A DNA stretch of 51,027 nucleotides from Candidatus Altiarchaeota archaeon (GTDB taxonomy: Archaea; Altiarchaeota; Altiarchaeia; IMC4; SCGC-AAA252-I15), in the NCBI GenBank assembly GCA_043813075.1, contig JBDRLL010000032.1, forward strand, positions 1 to 51,027. Reading direction: 5' to 3'. This document shows positions 49,402 to 51,027 of this stretch, in pieces. Position 1 is the stretch's first letter; the number at the start of each line of letters is the position of its first letter. The position numbers were made by a program, and so were the translations under genes. Below the pieces are notes generated by a model. That model was not told the origin of the DNA and made no database searches. It saw nothing but the letters and a program-made list of their open reading frames with translations.

Positions 49402-51023
49402 AACTCCTGATCCTACTGACACTGCTCGGCCTCTCCAGCGTAGTGTCAGGGAAACTACTGTTCAGCGAAATCCTCTACGATGCTCCAACTCCCGAATCAA
49501 GCAACGAATGGATTGAAATACACAACACCGCCCCCGAACCCATAGAGTTGGGAGGCCTGGTGATAGAGGATAATTCAGGGAGCTACGCCATCCCTGCGGA
49601 GACCACCATCTCCGCTGGAGGTTATCTAGTGTTCGCCCGCAACGCAGAATCATTCAACGCAACATACGGATTCAACCCAGACGTGGACGGCTTCACCCTG
49701 GGTTTGAACAACGGCGGCGATAAACTGGAGCTGAAAGAATACGACAATGTAATCGATTACGTGGAGTGGGAGTCCTACCAGCAGAACTGGAGCCTACACT
49801 CCGAGGAAGGCGAGACACTACAGAGAAACCCATCGGACTCAGACACCAACTCTCCCCTAGACTGGCTCGCCGCCGAACCCACACCCAGCGCAGGGCCGGC
49901 GGAGCCCACGACATCCTCTACTCAGACAACTTTAACAACTGAGACAACATCAACAACCACTACAACAATTAATCCCTCAACCACAGGATCCACGACATCA
50001 ACACTCGAATCAACGACTTCAACACTCGAATCAACAACCTCGACAATCGAATCAACAACCTCGACAACCGAGTATACAACATCAACTCTTTCCACCAATC
50101 CCAAACTAATAATATCCGAGGTCTGCTACGACACTCCAGGCAATGACAATCTGGAGGAATGGGTTGAGTTATACAATACCGGCAGCACAGTCAACATTAT
50201 TGGTCTCACGATGGAGGATGGTAAAGACTCCTACACTCTCCCCGATTATGTCCTAGCCTCCGGGGAAGCGGTCGTCATCGCCCGGGACGCTGACGGCTTC
50301 AACACACAATACGGGACCAATCCAGACATATCCGGCCTCACGCTGAACATGAACAACAACGGCGACAAACTAACACTCAAGAACGGGGAGGAAGTACTGG
50401 ACGAACTAGCCTGGGAGGATTATCTGCCTGGCTGGAGCCTTTCCGCAAGGACCGGGGAATGCCTACAGCAGGACTCCGGTGGATGGATAATCTCAGACAC
50501 CCCCACTCCCGGTGAAAACACGGCCTACGAGGCCTCCACCACCACATCCAGCCTCCGGAAGACGACATCCTACATAGTCTCTTCAACCCCCTCCACGACG
50601 GTGAGGCCCACCACCTCAACGACATTAAAATCCGCCACATCAACGACACAGAAATCCACCACCACAATCATAGACTCGCACGTGGTGGTGGAACACAGGT
50701 TCACCAACCCCAAAGAGGACGCATGCCAGAACGGCGCGCGAAACCAAGGTGAAGGCGGCGTGGACTGTGAGGAATACTCCAGTCCACGCCCAACAACCAC
50801 CACAACATCATCCTCAACATCATCGAGCCTCCTAAAAACCGAAGAGACGGCGGAAGCCGCTAATCCTCTAACGCCGCCCACCGGCTACGCGATAGCAGCA
50901 GCCGGCACGGGCGGCGGCCTAATAGGCACACTAATCGGCACACTACTCACACTCAGCGCAGTAACAATATACCAAAAGAAAAACAACCACAACAAAAAAA
51001 GAGGGGGATTGAAAAACCTTTAA
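49398..51023 (+). CDS. Surface protein with two lamin-tail domains, Ser/Thr-rich linkers and a C-terminal TM
   Basis: FSEILYD..NEWIEIHN / ISEVCYD..EEWVELYN; LNNGGD / MNNNGD; PTPG; TGYAI-TM-basic tail. Confidence 0.85.
   Translation: MKLLILLTLLGLSSVVSGKLLFSEILYDAPTPESSNEWIEIHNTAPEPIELGGLVIEDNSGSYAIPAETTISAGGYLVFARNAESFNATYGFNPDVDGFTLGLNNGGDKLELKEYDNVIDYVEWESYQQNWSLHSEEGETLQRNPSDSDTNSPLDWLAAEPTPSAGPAEPTTSSTQTTLTTETTSTTTTTINPSTTGSTTSTLESTTSTLESTTSTIESTTSTTEYTTSTLSTNPKLIISEVCYDTPGNDNLEEWVELYNTGSTVNIIGLTMEDGKDSYTLPDYVLASGEAVVIARDADGFNTQYGTNPDISGLTLNMNNNGDKLTLKNGEEVLDELAWEDYLPGWSLSARTGECLQQDSGGWIISDTPTPGENTAYEASTTTSSLRKTTSYIVSSTPSTTVRPTTSTTLKSATSTTQKSTTTIIDSHVVVEHRFTNPKEDACQNGARNQGEGGVDCEEYSSPRPTTTTTSSSTSSSLLKTEETAEAANPLTPPTGYAIAAAGTGGGLIGTLIGTLLTLSAVTIYQKKNNHNKKRGGLKNL
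49998..50081 (+). repeat. Four degenerate 21-bp tandem repeats (STLESTT)
   Basis: TCAACACTCGAATCAACGACT-like units within the Thr-rich linker. Confidence 0.8.
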
Positions 51024-51027
51024 CCTA

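Noticed and set aside
49998-50081. Tandem repeats as a CRISPR array
   Set aside because: In-frame 21-bp coding repeats with no spacers; no CRISPR array or cas gene was seen in the window.
1-51027. Many antisense and nested ORFs in the track; transposases or integrase at the tRNA
   Set aside because: These are shadow ORFs of well-supported genes. No transposase or integrase motif, and no duplicated tRNA 3' end (att site), was recognised.

Overview
Gene-dense window from an archaeon, judged from GGTGAT/GGAGGTG Shine-Dalgarno (SD) sites, TATA-like promoters, archaeal apgM and COG2522/TrmB-type regulators. An anaerobe of an uncultured lineage such as Ca. Altiarchaeota is an inference only. In order: (1) oxidative-stress operon on the minus strand (rubrerythrin, rubredoxin, an unlisted 52-aa Cys protein, ferritin-like protein, FprA, FMN-binding protein); (2) sulfur amino-acid locus, metY-metX / HTH regulator / cysK-cysE-tRNA-Cys-cysS; (3) metal-homeostasis island (HxlR and ArsR regulators, HMA proteins, frameshifted MerT-like gene, DsbD_2/cupredoxin fusion, DsbA, DUF2318, copA); (4) MBL hydrolase, apgM, two large orphans and ilvD; (5) cell-envelope and glycosylation region with a CPBP protease, Cys-rich secreted proteins, GT2/GT4 enzymes and a B12 radical SAM enzyme; (6) hicBA, a TrmB-like regulator and a lamin-tail surface protein. 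The best candidate for an undescribed system is a cysteine-sensing circuit. A 25-codon leader ORF with four alternating Cys codons (6468-6545) precedes cysK, its Cys codons pair with downstream RNA ahead of a U-tract, a TTAAC-N4-GTTAA operator recurs at three promoters, and tRNA-Cys sits inside the operon between structured spacers. All family calls are from motif recognition by eye; no database search or folding was run.
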